Translations under genes and position numbers: made by a program | Part shown: in pieces, positions 14,217 to 27,945 of the stretch | How positions within the stretch are numbered: the stretch's first letter is position 1 | Layout of the letters: the number at the start of each line of letters is the position of its first letter | Notes under the pieces: generated by a model | What the model saw: only the letters and a program-made list of their open reading frames with translations | The model's database searches: none | Told to the model about the DNA's origin: nothing | NCBI RefSeq assembly: GCF_009914755.1 | Contig: NC_060926.1 | Reading direction: 5' to 3' (one strand) | Origin: the human T2T-CHM13v2.0 reference genome, Homo sapiens | DNA length: 64,000 bases

Positions 14217-16199
14217 TTAAGAACGGAATCTTTCTGAAATCAAGATCTTATCTGTGTCACTCCTCTATTCTGAGAGCTTAGAATTTTATTTCCTGGTAGT
14301 GAATAAAGAAGAAAAATGCAACATCTCCTACAACCCAGCCCCTACCTGGACTTCGTCTCACTTGATCAGGATATCAGTTGTATTGATCGACTCCCTATTC
14401 TACTATCCTGAGTCACAATCCCCTCTTCTCTCTTCTAGATGTTCCCCTCAACAAATGCCATTACTCTTTTTCTGGATGTAATTATCATCATCCCCTCTCC
14501 ATATTTACCAACCAAAGTACTGTCTCTATGCATATTCCACCTGAAAATGCCATTTCCTCTGAGAAGCCTCCTCAGATTCCCTTTCAGAGCCTGCTCTTTA
14601 TATCCGTAGCATCCTTTCCCCCACCTTCTTCATGAACACTTAGAGATTGTGGTGCCTAATCATTCCCTTACAGAATTTAAAATTGAGTACCTGTCATTGA
14701 CCCCTGGTATAAGAGTCAAAGGTACATTTCCCCAACTGCTCTGGAGATATTAGGGGAAAGGGGCATAATCCTTTACATATTTGCTCCCTTACTTAACTCA
14801 GTACGCTGTCTTATTACATTTGCTCATTATAAATGTTCAGTGTGCTTCCTGTAGTTGAGTACAACATAGGCAATATCTGTGGTAGTTTTGTTATCGTTAC
14901 CCACTTACTGCCATTTTCCTAAATGGAGAGGGAGGCAATACGTTGTGACAAGCACAATTTCCTCTCATCTCTGACAGTTCCTGCACTGCTCAGTGTTTGT
15001 CGTGGCAGCTCATTTTAGTAGGTGGAGCACTGGACTGAGAGTCCGGAGCCCATGTTTGTACCTTGGGTTAAGCCTGAAATTAGCAAAGCCATCCCGCCTA
15101 TCACCTCATCCCTCTGGGTGTCTTTCCCGCTCTGTGGAAACAGGGGAAAGACAAGAACGAGTGTCATGACCTCCCAGCTTTGGCTTGCTCTGGTTTTATG
15201 ACCCATTGACGCTGGTCCTAAATGTGATCAAATATAAATTGCAAAAGACCTGCTAAGGGCCTCCGGGAGATGTAAGAAGAGAAAACATTCCATATGCCTG
15301 CTAAGAGCTTTCTCCATAGACAAGGTGGTAGTGACCTGAGCTTTCAGGATTACAGTCCGTGAGCCACCGTCGGGCTGCCTCATTTGACAAAGTTCTTCTT
15401 AGCTCTCTGTGTGCCTAGATGTTAAGTCATTTTTACTTTCAAGCAAAAGGAACAGGGGTCCCTAAGCTCCTAGGGTTCTCAGAGCAGTCTAAGGGGATAT
15501 TGAATGAGATTTTGCCTACCAGACTTGCCTCCCACAAGAAAGTGTCAAGCAAAAGAAATAGTTTTTTATTTCTCACAAAAGACAGACACAGGTTTTATTA
15601 AAATTCATGCACAATTCACAGAATGACTCCATAGCCCAGTGAGAGAAGCTGTGTGAGGGCTTCCTTTTGCTTGTTTTAAATCTGTATTTCAATTTGGATT
15701 TTTTTAGATTTTCTTTGTTCCCTCCTTTTTGCTTCACCAAAAAAGAGACAGCTGAGGACCACAGGGAATCAGATATTTTGGAAAAATATTCTCTACTAAG
15801 TTCCCCAGAGTAGAAATTTGTATAGTTAATCTTTCAGAGAACTCTCTAGTTCTCTGAGCCTGCATTGTTTTTATTCACATTTTCTAGATGTTCACTGCCA
15901 ACCCAACCTCAACAACCTGATGTAAATCAGACCCCATGGGTTTGCTCTCCTTATGTTTCTAACAACAACAAAAATCCTAGCTGCTGGCCATAGTCATGGG
16001 TTTCCAAGACTAAGGTTGAAGATGCCCTAATCCATCATAATGTTCATTCTCATCCCCTTGAGAATAATAAACATTGGGTGACAGGTGAGGCCAACTCGAA
16101 TTTGCTGACAGCCCCAAATTGTAACAAACATGTAATTAGAGTCTCTTTAACCATTTTCAGCCTGAATGCCAACTAGAAAACAGTTATTTCACATCCACT

Positions 16200-16430
16200 A
16201 TAGGTCAGACCTTTACCATGCATTTTACATTCATTATCCCATTTAAAGTATTAAGCCACCCTATAAAATAATTGTTAATTTCATCGTTTTAAGGATGGAA
16301 AAGCTAAGGATCAGAGAAATGACCTGTCTGTAAACACAGAACTAGGAGAAGAAGGGACAGGGCCTGTCAATATCTCTGTCTTGATCCTATAGCAACCTAA
16401 TCACAGGTATCTCTCTGCTACCACTTATAC
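16200..16430 (-). mobile_element. MIR SINE
   Basis: 'cattttacattcattatcccatttaa...tcgttttaaggatggaaaagctaaggatcagagaa'. Confidence 0.65.
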
Positions 16431-18375
16431 TAGACTATATATATGGAGTCATATGTTACTCTCCTTTGTACTCATGCAGATAGCACACAGTCCCTGTCAC
16501 GGGGCTGCTACTATTTTTTTTTTCAGTCTTTGCATGGCATAGAACTATCAGAGAGAGACGGGTGAGGTCTGTAGTAGTCAAAGAGGGCTTTTTGACTGTG
16601 TAAGGAGAAGCGGTGATATGCCTAGAAGAATGGATGGGTTTGGACTGGTGAATGAAGCTGCCCAGCATTGTCATAAGGCAATATTGTTTGGGCAGGGGAA
16701 CTTGGGCACCAGGGAACTGAAAGTATGTAACATATTATGTATGAATTGGGATAGTACTGTTAGTGTTGGATATAAGAAATGAGAAATTACTGACTGATGG
16801 GATTAACCTGGGCTCAGAAGTAACTACCTCTTTGAATGCCCAGGTTCTGCTCTTGCAATTTCTGGAGCTCGCCCAAGGGCAATAATTGGTCTCACCCACA
16901 CACCTCCTCCCATTTTCTATCTCCATTACAGAGAGAAAGCTTAACTTTAAGGTGAGCTCTTTGTGGTTGATATCCTGACAAGCAATACGCATTGCTGTTT
17001 ACCAAACTTACCCCCACCGACCTGCCCTTATTCTTAGAAGGAAACAAGAAGGAAGCAGAGGAAGTTAGGAGGGGGCTGATTTCAGGCACAGTCGCTGATT
17101 TAGAAAAGTCATTTCCAATTGCACAAGGTGCTTCAATTGCCCTATTTTCCTGAAATTAATTCTAAATTTTATGGGTACAATTTGTTTCCCTTAAGTCTCT
17201 AATTATGCTTTTAACATTCAATCTTTCAAACTCTAGCCATTAGTGACTTAATATGGTGTTATCAGGAGATAGAGTGGAGTTAGGAGTGTGGGTGGGAATT
17301 ATAAGAGCAGAAGTTGCACCTGTGCTTGTGGTGGTTGGAAATTGATGTCCCCTGGAGGAAAGCTAAAAGAAAAATCTAATAAGTCACCAAAATAGACTGA
17401 AGTCAAGTCTGAGGATTAGTATTTAAGGTATAAGGACAAGGGGCTTAAAAGGGCAGCAGAGGTAATCACAAAGTTCCACTTAGATGTACTGAACATGGGG
17501 TGATGGTGTGAGATTCCAGGCCAAACAAGAAGAATGATAGGAAGTAAAAACATGATCAGATAGCATGCACAAGGTATAAAATGCTAAGGTTGAAACATGA
17601 CTTTCAGGACATAGAAAACTAAAGAAGGAGACAGGTAAGAAGTGGCTCAGAGACATTCGCCAAAAAAAATTAAAAGTTGAATTATTGAATAGCTGGGAAC
17701 AACCTGCAGGAAGAAGGAGACAGAAGATAGTAAAGCAGAATTATCATTCCATATTGAATCATCTGTAAGCATTGACTGGGCAGCTGCAGTCCTTCTACTT
17801 CTTAATAGAAGAGGTTTACCAGATGGCATCTGTACCTCAACAACATCCTCTACCCCCCACAAACACACACACACATATCTGCCATTTGTGCTGACACAAT
17901 TGGCTCCCTGGTTGTATGTGATTTAAACTCAAATGCTATAGGGTTTTGGGAACAGGGACCAAGGAGACCTAATGTAGTCATGGATGGCTTCATGAGGTAA
18001 ACACACAGAAGAGCAGAACGCCTAAATTGGACAATAGAAAATTCAAAGTGAGAGAAACTGAAGAGGAAAAAACACAGGCCATGCCTTCTGGAGACTCACA
18101 GACTAAAGGCACCAGAATTGGGGAAGGCCCAAGTCCTTTCAGGAGGACCTTGGAGAGGAGATGCAGGAGAAGCCCAGCCAGTACTCATAGGGATCCATCT
18201 CTTGGAGTCTGGGAAAAGAAATACAGGAGCTATTGTCCCTATCCTCAACAAAGTCACCCACTCAGGAGGCAGAAGAGGAAATAATCAGCATTTGGTAGGA
18301 GAGAAGAGAAGCATACTCACAAAACAACAATGGCTTGTTTGGAACAAAAAAATATACACACTGAAAATAAATTCT

Positions 18376-18689
18376 GGCCGGGCACAGTGGCTCACGCCTG
18401 TAATCCCAACACCTTGGGAGGCCAAGGAGGGTGGATCGCCTGATGTCAGGAGTTCAAGACCAGTCTGGCCAACATGGTTAAACCCCGTCTCTACTAAAAA
18501 AAAAAAAAATACAAAAATTAGCTGGGCATGGTAGTGCATGCCTGTGATCGCAGATACTGGGGAGGCGGAAGCAAGAGAATCACTTGTACCCGGAAGATGG
18601 AGGTTGCAGTAAGTGGAGATTACACCACTGCACTCCAGCCTGGGTGATAAAGTGAGCCTCCATCTTGAAAATAAATAAATTTAAAAAAA
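18376..18689 (+). mobile_element. AluSx-like
   Basis: Full dimer flanked by TSD aaaataaattct / aaaattaattct. Confidence 0.95.
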
Positions 18690-21000
18690 TTAATTCTGTA
18701 GAAGCTCAGAAAAGTTAAAAAAAAAATGGATCTTAAGATGGCCGATGGCCAATGAGAGCTCCTCACATGACAGAATTTCCTAGCTGGAGTAGAAGGATGT
18801 ATAGCTGCTGGAAATACAAGAAAATTAAAACTTTTAGTAAGGACAGATCCCAAAAAAAGATACAAAGTCAGGGGTAAGCATTGTGTATGGTGACAATCAA
18901 GACCACACCAGGCAGAATTGCTCGGTGTCTATGGGGGTGATACGGGAGATACAACTGCAATGAGGTGACAAATTCAGATTGTCGTGGGCCTCAATTGCCA
19001 CATTAAGAATTTTAGAACTCATGCAACCAAACCAGTAGATAAAATTAAAGATTTCTGAGCAGAAATTTGACATTAAGATGGTTTGTTTTGTTCTTTCAGT
19101 TTTCTGCATGTGATTTTGATTACGACTTCTCGCCTTAAGATCCTGACCATTTGCATGGTCGGGAGAGGTAACAGAAAAAGAAAGCTTTTCCAAAGTTTGA
19201 GACTTCTAAACGGTGGAAATTTTAGGAAATGTACATGCTATACATTTTAGGAAATCATGGAAAAACTGGTCAACCAAAACTCAGACATGAATATTCCCAT
19301 CTTCTTAGGTTTGCCGTGAAAAGAGTTGTCTCATTTGCACAGGTGTGCTGCCTACAAAGCTGCATTATTCACAGAGGTGTACAATAGCAAACTCACCTGT
19401 GGTATAAGTTGAACACATGTAGCTCCACTTTTTCCAGCATCTCTGGACATAGATTTCTCTCCAACAAGAGCAAGCACATAAAATTGCCATCCATAGCACT
19501 GTTAGGCACTAAAGGCGAGCAGCCATACATCCCCTTCTTAGTTTGGTACTTAACCACACTTCCTTCTTGACTCACCTTTCAAGTCTCAAAGGAGAAAAGC
19601 ATTTCCTTCTAAGAGCTCCACAAATATTTATTCTAAATAAAACTTGAGAAGTTTGTAACATGTCCATAACAAAAACAAATGAACAAAACAGTAGCTTAAC
19701 AAGTACACATTTTGCATCAACATCTGTGCAAATTTAAGGAAATGGCATGAAATACCAAACTGGAAGAATAATCTTCCTATTTTACCGCTTACTTATTCTC
19801 TCTCCCCTTGCATAAGAAACAAGTATACCTTGGGATTCACACTTAAAAAAAAATTCTTTAATTCAAAGATGAACTTGAGTATGACCTCAGAGAATTCAGA
19901 ACTGATGCCACGTTAGTTCTTTAATAAACTGGACTCGGCAATAACTGATCTCAAGGAAAATTCAATCAAAACCAAAGTCTTATCTTTCTTCAAAAACAGG
20001 ACAGTTGAGAATTGAATGTGATGTCCTGGAAAAATCGAAGAAGAAATAACATCAAACTAGTTTGTTCCTGAAAACAAGGCAACAAGAAATTGATGGCATT
20101 TTCACCTGTGATTTTACTACGAAAGATCCTGGGCTTAGAAGCCATGTCACTTAACTCTCTTAAAATCCAAAACAGAGATACAGACAGAACAAGGAATGAT
20201 GCTGGTGACATTTCGGGGGTAATTCTGAAGTAGAATCCAAGAAGGTCTTGGAGCCAATAATTATTAATTATTTGAATAGGTTAATGCTTTTAACTCAAAA
20301 TATTTAGTCTTTCTCCTTAATTTTTCCTTCATTGGACACAGTAAAGGAGAGGAAGGTATGGGAAATTAAGAAAAGAGACATACTTTGAAACTTCTTTTTA
20401 ATATCCTGCTTAATCATATCTGTTATGAAAAAGCAGAACTGGCTTGCATTGTATCTCTTTTCATGACTTTATATGTGGGTAGTTAAAAAGCCAATTTCTA
20501 AGAAACTAGAAAGATCTTATACATTTGTGTGATTATGTCACATTCCCAAGTAATTTTTAAAAAACAAAACAAAAAACTAGCTATAGTAATAAATCATGTT
20601 TTTTCATAAAACGAATTAAAATAAGGCTCAATCTAGTCTAGCCCTATGATATCACTCTTTTTCAGTTTAGTGACATAATTTGTTGAGTAGAAGGAAGTAT
20701 GGAATTTTGCAGAAGCCGCATATATTTACCTATGTTACAGACCATAAAATAGGTTATGCCTGTCAGTGACATCCATCTGTCATGTGAATCCTGGCAGAAA
20801 AAAATACTGCATGTTAACAACATCAGGCTGCCAAAGAAAGAAGGACTGTAAAGTAAAACAGAGGTATCTGATAAATCACAGAACAAATAATTAAACATGT
20901 TCTTTCTTATGAAATTTGCATCCCTGAACTAAAAAGACTTAGGAAACACCAAACTAGTTTAACCTACAACAAAGTTTTCATCTAAAGGAATAAGTCTTCT

Positions 21001-21122
21001 TTTTGATTATTTTATTTTATTTAACTTTTATTTTAATTTTGGGGTGCATGTGAAGGTTTGTTATATAGGTAAACATGTGTCATGGGGGTATCTTATGCAG
21101 ATCATTTCATCACCCAGGTATT
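21001..21122 (-). mobile_element. Severely 5'-truncated L1 (last ~120 nt) with 16-bp TSD
   Basis: T-rich tail, then the antisense L1 3' end 'gtgaaggtttgttatataggtaaac...catcacccaggtatt'. Flanks are aaggaataagtcttct (20985-21000) and aaggaatcagtcttct (21123-21138). Confidence 0.9.
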
Positions 21123-21637
21123 AAGGAATCAGTCTTCTAACCTGGACTTCCACAGATCAAGTCAAAGATTGTTTTAAATTCATCAAGCGAACACAAGAAA
21201 ACTAATATTATTAATTATTGATTACTGGATAAAACACTAAATCAGTCCACTAAATTTGATCAGTGTAATAAGTTGTATGATAACAACTATGTGAATGACT
21301 ATTCTTGAAGATGTAAGAAATGTGATTTCTACCCTTGAGGAAGTCTCATTTCAATGGGAGAGAAAAGTAGATACACTCATATTCTACTGTGGCAAAGACC
21401 ATGACTAGTATATGTGAATGATGTTATGTAGAGTTAAAAGAAGGAAACGGACCCCATGATAGTGATCCAAAGATGAGATTTCAAACTAAGAGTCTTGAAT
21501 AATGAGTGGAATGGCCAGGTGCTCCTGACAGAGAGGCAGCAAGGTCAAAATAGAGAGATGAAAACGGCCTGACATCTTGGGAAATCAAGCAGCCATCTTT
21601 TCATGAGTAAACGCCCACAAAGTTTTGTAAAATCAAG

Positions 21638-22100
21638 TATATCCAGTTAAGGACTCAGCAGGAAATAGAACAATAAAATTATGATAACCTAAGTAAAGCA
21701 TAATGAAGGGTCTATTTATAAAGGTATATGCCGGGTATTGAGAAATGACAAGTGATAATGCAAGTATCCCAGAATTGAAGGGCTACAAGGGGAGGGAGAA
21801 GTAGCTGAAATCCAGAAGTAGAGGCTGCTCAGCAGAACTGCAGACCTGAGACTAAATTTGAGGGTGCAATCAGCCCACTGCAGCACTGCAGGGAGGAAAC
21901 CAGGAGGACAAGTATTCCTAACCTCACTCTTCTCCCTCTCTCCTGTCGACCGACAGCGCCCCCATTGGTTAAAACCAACCTGGAGTCAGAGGGCAAGGGA
22001 GACAGTTGAGGCAGTCTCTTTTGGCCAGAAACCCTCATCACAGAGCAGATTGGAGAAGGATGGAGTGCAGGTCTGGAGGACAATCTAAAATGCCTACAAC
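21638..22100. mobile_element. Old LTR relic (ERVL/MaLR-like)
   Basis: 'cagcaggaaatag...aagggtctatttataaagg...cccattggttaaaaccaacctggagtcagagggcaaggga' resembles ancient mammalian LTRs. Confidence 0.6.
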
Positions 22101-22749
22101 AGAGCTGGATAGACTGGGACCAGTCCCCTGAAAGTTCATCCAAATTATTTCACCTCTGAAGTCTCTGTTCATAGTCTCCCTCTTCCGTGAAGCCTTTCTA
22201 GATCTCCTTAGAATCAGTTACTATCTCTTTGTGATTCTCAGATCTTCTTTTCTTTACATTTAACCATTATCTTATTGTAACATAGATCACAGTCAGTTCG
22301 GTGTGTGTTTGTCTCCCTAGGTAGATTCTGAGATCTCCTAGGAAAAACGTCATGTGTCTGAGTCAACTTTATGTTTCTGTTGCCCAGAATGGATAAATGA
22401 TCACCCACTTTTTGTTACAGTATGTAAATAATTGCATCCATCATCTGAATAATTCACCCTATCGGGGAGCTGGGCTTGGTATGAAACCTACTCTATGCAT
22501 TCTTACCACTTTCAGTGTGTTCAGGTAACTTGCTCATGTATCTGAAAAGAAGAGATTATTTTATTATCCAGATGATACACAGAAGTAAAGTGCAATGTAA
22601 TTACCCAGGAACCAACAGAACTGCCAAATGCTGGCAGTAGTACAGATATGTACTAGTGAGCATCCTACTTATTAACTCAATAAATACAAGTATTCAAACT
22701 ATTCAGAGTGAGTTTTAATAAATATTTTCTAAGTGGCTATTCTACATCA

Positions 22750-22950
22750 GCTGTCTGTGCTAAGCACTTTCACACCTGTGGTCTGATGAAATGGTCACAA
22801 GAACTACAAGGGGTTAAGAATTATTATATCATTTTGTAGACAAGAAAACTGAGTCTGAGAAAGACTAGGAGATATAATTGTTAGTTCATAAAAATAAACA
22901 CAATTTATTGTGTTCAATTGAGGTTGGCTTCTCACCATGCCAGACTGAAT
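22750..22950 (-). mobile_element. MIR SINE
   Basis: 'gtgctaagcactttcac...attttgtagacaagaaaactgagtctgaga'. Confidence 0.65.
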
Positions 22951-22984
22951 TTTTTTCTTAAGCTGAGACAAGTGTAAATGGGGG

Positions 22985-22988
22985 AAAA

Positions 22989-23028
<40 letters not shown>

Positions 23029-23128
23029 CATACACACATACACACAAAATACAAATACATATATGAACAACATATATAATACACACATATACACAAAATA
23101 CAAATACATATATGAACAACATATATAA
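22985..23128. repeat. (A)n(TA)n microsatellite followed by a 2 x 49-bp tandem duplication
   Basis: Copies at 23031-23079 and 23080-23128 differ at one base. Confidence 0.9.
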
Positions 23129-24119
23129 GAGAATATTTAAACTGGTGTCTCTTGCAGATATGTTTATTAAGTGCAAAACTATAAACATGATAAAATGTAC
23201 TATTAACTGATTTTGGTTATTTAGAGAAAGGTAGAAAGACAATATGTTACTAAAGAAAGAAAATATTTTCCTAAAAAATAAATTTAATCACTATCACTGT
23301 TCATATTCTGATGAAACACCTAAAACTTTGATTAATAAACACTTAGTAACAACCATAATAGTAAACTTTAGGTTGTTATGTTCTTGAACATTTTCTTGTT
23401 AATTTTACTATAAATCTATGAAGTTGCAAGACACTTGGTTAGAGTTCATGGTAATAAATTTTTATAAACTAGAAAGTTTGTTCAGTAGCTAAAGAAAAAC
23501 ATTAGAAAGCAAAATAAACTGTGGCAGAGAAAAGTTAAAAAAATGTCCTGCTTTGTGACTTTGGGTGCCAACTTCATTAATTAATACAGATTTTAAATTC
23601 CTTTCAAGAATATGAGCTATAGAACTAGAGCCACTGCTGGTGTAGATAGTAAAGACAGATCAAATGGATTTCATTTAAAATATGGTGGCTTCAGATAAGA
23701 CTAATTAGCAGGATGACAAAAAGCAGTCAATAAGATAAAAACAAATCTTGTTCTTTAAATGCTGGCAACAATTAATGGAATTAATTCAAAATTGTTTATC
23801 CTGCCCATTAGTATATAAAAACTTTCCACTCGTTTTTTGGCGCTGCTGTTTTGGTATTGTTTTCTTGTGTTTTGATAGTATATACCTTGTTCTATGTGAC
23901 CAGAAGTGCTGATGACCTCAGGGAAAAAGGAAATAGTGCACGTGGCTGGGGAGTTGGGAAGAGGAACAAAGGAGAAGACGTAGAGAGAGGCATAAGCGGC
24001 CAGACAGGTGGAATGGGCCAGGAATCCAGTACAATGAATGACAACAGCTTTTGTTTTTAATTCTTTTTTTTTTTTTCAGCAGGTTTATCTATTCTGCTTA
24101 TTTGGATGACTCTTGCTAG

Positions 24120-24600
24120 TTATTTGTTGCTTTAGTTATATATTGCTACACAATAAACTATCCCAAAAAACTTATTGGATCATAAGCAATAATTTTTTTC
24201 AGTTTCTTACATTTCTGCAATCTGGGTGGAGTTCAGCAAGGATAGTCCGTCTCTGTTTCATGGGGCATCAGCTAGAGTGTCTTGGCAGAATTTGAAGACC
24301 CCACTGCTCAGATGACCTCACACATGTGGCCAGCAAATTGATGCTAACTATCACCTGAGAACTCAGCTGGGCTGGCTGGCAGAGGCCTCAGTTCTCCACA
24401 GCTGCTCCACATGGCTAGGTGGGGCTGCTCACCATATAGTGGTCTCAGGGTACTTGAATTCCTAATATGGAAGCTGGATTCCCCCAGAACCCCAAGGTGG
24501 CAGTTTCCAGGTCTTAAGGCTTCAGCATGAAACAGGCATACCATCATTTTTGCCACATTCGTTCATTAAAGCAGGTCACAGCCCAGGTTTAAGGAAAGGA
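24120..24600 (-). mobile_element. MLT1-family MaLR LTR
   Basis: 'tattgctacacaataaactatcccaaaaaactta...ggcctcagttctcc...tttgccacattcgttcattaaagcaggtcacag'. Confidence 0.75.
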
Positions 24601-27600
24601 GCCACAGACAGGTATGTGTATCTGGAAATATGCCTCACTGGAGATTGTAGCATGAAAAGTAATGAATACCCCACCCATCTATCAAAGAGAAGATTGATGC
24701 TTGACAAGATTAATAAGCTTTCAGATTGTTAACAATGTTAAAACAACACTCTCTAAGAGAGGCTCAAGGTTACTCTGAAAAATAAACACCTTTCAACTGA
24801 GTTAATGTCACCCCAGATTAATAACCTGCTAAAGAACATAGAGTAATATCATCCCCATAATGCAAAAGAGAATAGATTTTTGCCCCAGGTTTTTGAAACA
24901 GGTTTTTTTCATGAAGAGAAATTTACTGGCCAGAAGTTTATAGAACCCTGCCTCAGTACCACATTTCCCTAGTTTACCTTAATCTCAGTTACTCACTCAG
25001 CAAAAAAAGACACTGCTCATCTCATGTGTGGGTGCATGGCACATAGGGTGCAGCGATATATTTTAAAAGGGAATTGTATACTAAACAAAGACTGCAGATG
25101 TTGCTCTCATGTGGATCTGAACTTTCTGAGAAAAGTTGTTTAAGGGAATATTCTCAGCTTTGCTCTCTTTTATAAGCAATAAAGCCCTCCAGGATTTGTA
25201 TTACAGAATTATGGGAGTGGAAACTGCCATGGTAGGAAGAAGAACAAGCAACCTTAATTAAATTTCTGTCACAGATATTTTCTATTCATCTTAGATAGCT
25301 CAGCACCACCACAACTTGTAAGCCTCAGTTTCTTCTTATTTGATAATGGATGAAAATCTAGATATAAAGATTAAGTTGAGATAAAATAATATAAAGCAAA
25401 CGAGAACAAAATAAGAAATGTGAGGTGTATTGTATACTGTAAAGTATTATATAAACGTATTGTTTCATAATGATGGTATAGAAAGGTCTATTTTAAGCAA
25501 CTCAGTTACTTATTTTCTGGAAAATGCTTTGACTGATACTCTCATACACTGGGATTGTAGATTCCTAGTGTTGCAACTCACTGCAGGTGTTTTTGAGTGC
25601 TCTATATAAAGAAAATATTTTAGGATTTTTACGGATGTTAAAGAAGTATCCAAAATACAAGTGTTAATTGTGGGTGAGGAATGCCACTTGAGAGATGCTG
25701 AGTGTGAAGTATAGTGGTCTCCAGGCCACTTGACATTTTCATTAAGAAACCTCTTGCCAGTGGTAATTACCTTAACCTCACCTGGTCATGCCTAAACATG
25801 AGAACGTGTCCTTTTTCAAAAACAATGTTGATTTCTTCCCGAAATTATCAAGTCACCAAATATTGACTAAACCATGTGCTTCATATTTTCTTGAGCACTC
25901 TGGGGAATATAAGAGACATGTAAGCTATGTTTGGAGTTCTTGGGGAGTTTAGGATCTATCACCACTTCAAAATAGCCTGTAATGCTGCAGCGGGCTGGAT
26001 AAGAGAGCTCGGGGGCTTGGTGAGCGCTACTAGAGCAAACCCTAGCTGAGGCAAGGAGCGAAGGCTTCTTGAAGATAGAGACTAAATTTCTGCATCCAGG
26101 CATTAAGTGGCTAACAGTAGCTTATTACTGTCATAGGTTCTTGAAGATTAAGATGCTCAAGAGAGAGGTATAAAGAAAGTGTTTAAGATGGAGGGAGAAA
26201 CTAGATGAGGATGGAGAGAGAAACTATATGATTCCTGCTAAGAATTTAAGGCGATAATGTAAGGAAACTCCAGCAACCAGGGCTTCTGAGGCCAGGCCCA
26301 GGAGTTCAGGCTTTCATCTGAGAGGAAACATAAAGCAATTATTCTATGCTTTTAAGTATGGAATTTCACTTTGTCAAAAAATTTTAGAGTACAAAATTTC
26401 CTATCTTTTTATTTCCAATATTGCAAATTCAAAGTTTTATAGAATTTTGGTGTCAAAGAGCAGAGGAAAACCTTAAATACTGAGTCATTTTTCAATGATG
26501 GAATGGTCTTTGATTAATCATGAGGACATTCCCTTTGTGATTGTGTCTCCTTTCATCTGTTTCTATTTCATACATTTCTGAGATACTGAAAATCTACTCC
26601 TTTGAAACCATCATAAAAGATTGCTTTTATGCTGATTTTTTTCACTTTTGCACAAAAAGCCATCATATCTGTGAAGATGCTGTAAGAGTTTCAGCTGCAA
26701 CTGAGGTAAGACCACCAGAAGCTTGGTAGCTTTCTATTATGGTTATTTGTGTCTTGAAACAAAATGCCTTAAGGATGGCTTCTCTAAGAATTTCAGTACA
26801 AGGGTAAACAATTACTGAGTCAGGTGATCACCAAGTGAATGAAAAAATGTAAAGAGAATTATGTCTCATGCCAGGGTTTGCTTGGATGTGAATTATGAAA
26901 ACAGTTAACTTCTGATTTTTTGTGTGTACTATGAGAATCAATTCAGCTCTGCAAGACCAGGAAGTGAATAGCACCTGGTGAATTCACACTCACATTGTGC
27001 TTATGGATGGAGAGAGGAAGCAAAGCTAATAGGTAAACTTGCACCAACAAAGCCTGGCTAAGTATCCAGATAAATACAAAGTCAGTAAAAAAGGTTGTAT
27101 ACCTATGCAGCCCTCTGAGGTACAGCCACATCAACCTTGCCTACGCCTCAGTATTCTACAGGCATGCTAATTTTAATACCAGCCTGGGTCTGCACTTAGC
27201 AAATCTCTGACCCTTGCACACAGATTTAGAATTGTACCTGACATATCCTAAAATGATACTTTGATTTTTTCACTCTCAAACCATGCAATTTTGCTTTCTA
27301 GAACTTCAGCTGAGAATAAATGCATTTAACATTTGGCTTTGGCAGGAAGAAAATGTTTCAGTATAGAAATATGTGTCTCTACCAATGCAATTGTTAATTC
27401 AAACTCTGCTGAGGCACCTGAAGAGAATGGGCATGTAGCACATAGTAGGTATTCAATAACATTGTTATGCTGAAGTCTATAAATGGCCAGGACTCAAAAT
27501 TGTATGTGTAATTTGAACAAATCATAAATGAATTAAGTGGTGCCCAGAACAACCAGAGAAAGGAGAGAAATTAGGATAAAATGGAGAATGAAGAAAGTAG

Positions 27601-27674
27601 AGGCCCTAGGGAATGATCCATAGCAAAGAAAGTATATGTCATCCTGTTTCGTTTCTTAAAAATTGAATGCCTGA

Positions 27675-27945
27675 GGCCGGGCGCAGTAGCTCACACCTGT
27701 AATCTCAGCACTTTGGGAGGCCGAGGCGGGCGGATCACAAGGTCAGGAGTTCAAGACCAGCTGACCAACATGGTCTCTACTAAAAATACAAAAACTAGCC
27801 GGGCATGGTGCATGCACCTGTGATCCCAGCTACTCAGGAGGCTGAAGCAGGAGAATCACTCGAACCCGGGAGTCAGAGGTTGCAGTGAGCCAAGACTGTA
27901 GTTGGGTGACAGAGCGAGAGTCGGTCTCAAAAAAAGAAGAAAAAA
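27675..27945 (+). mobile_element. AluS (Sg-like) with two small internal deletions
   Basis: Lacks 'gaaaccccg' and part of 'cgcgccactgcactccagcc'. TSD aaaaattgaatgcct / aaaaattgaatacct. Confidence 0.95.

Noticed and set aside
15834-15857. Perfect 10-bp hairpin TCAGAGAACT-ctct-AGTTCTCTGA
   Set aside because: Roughly one such stem is expected by chance in 64 kb, and it is too short for a pre-miRNA.
18118-18539. 138-aa ORF and other long ORFs at 41433, 52076 and 37022
   Set aside because: They run through Alu sequence and give typical Alu-derived peptides.
21953-21970. Second CTCF-like motif (cagcgcccccattgg)
   Set aside because: Poor match in the 5' half of the motif, and it lies within an old LTR relic.
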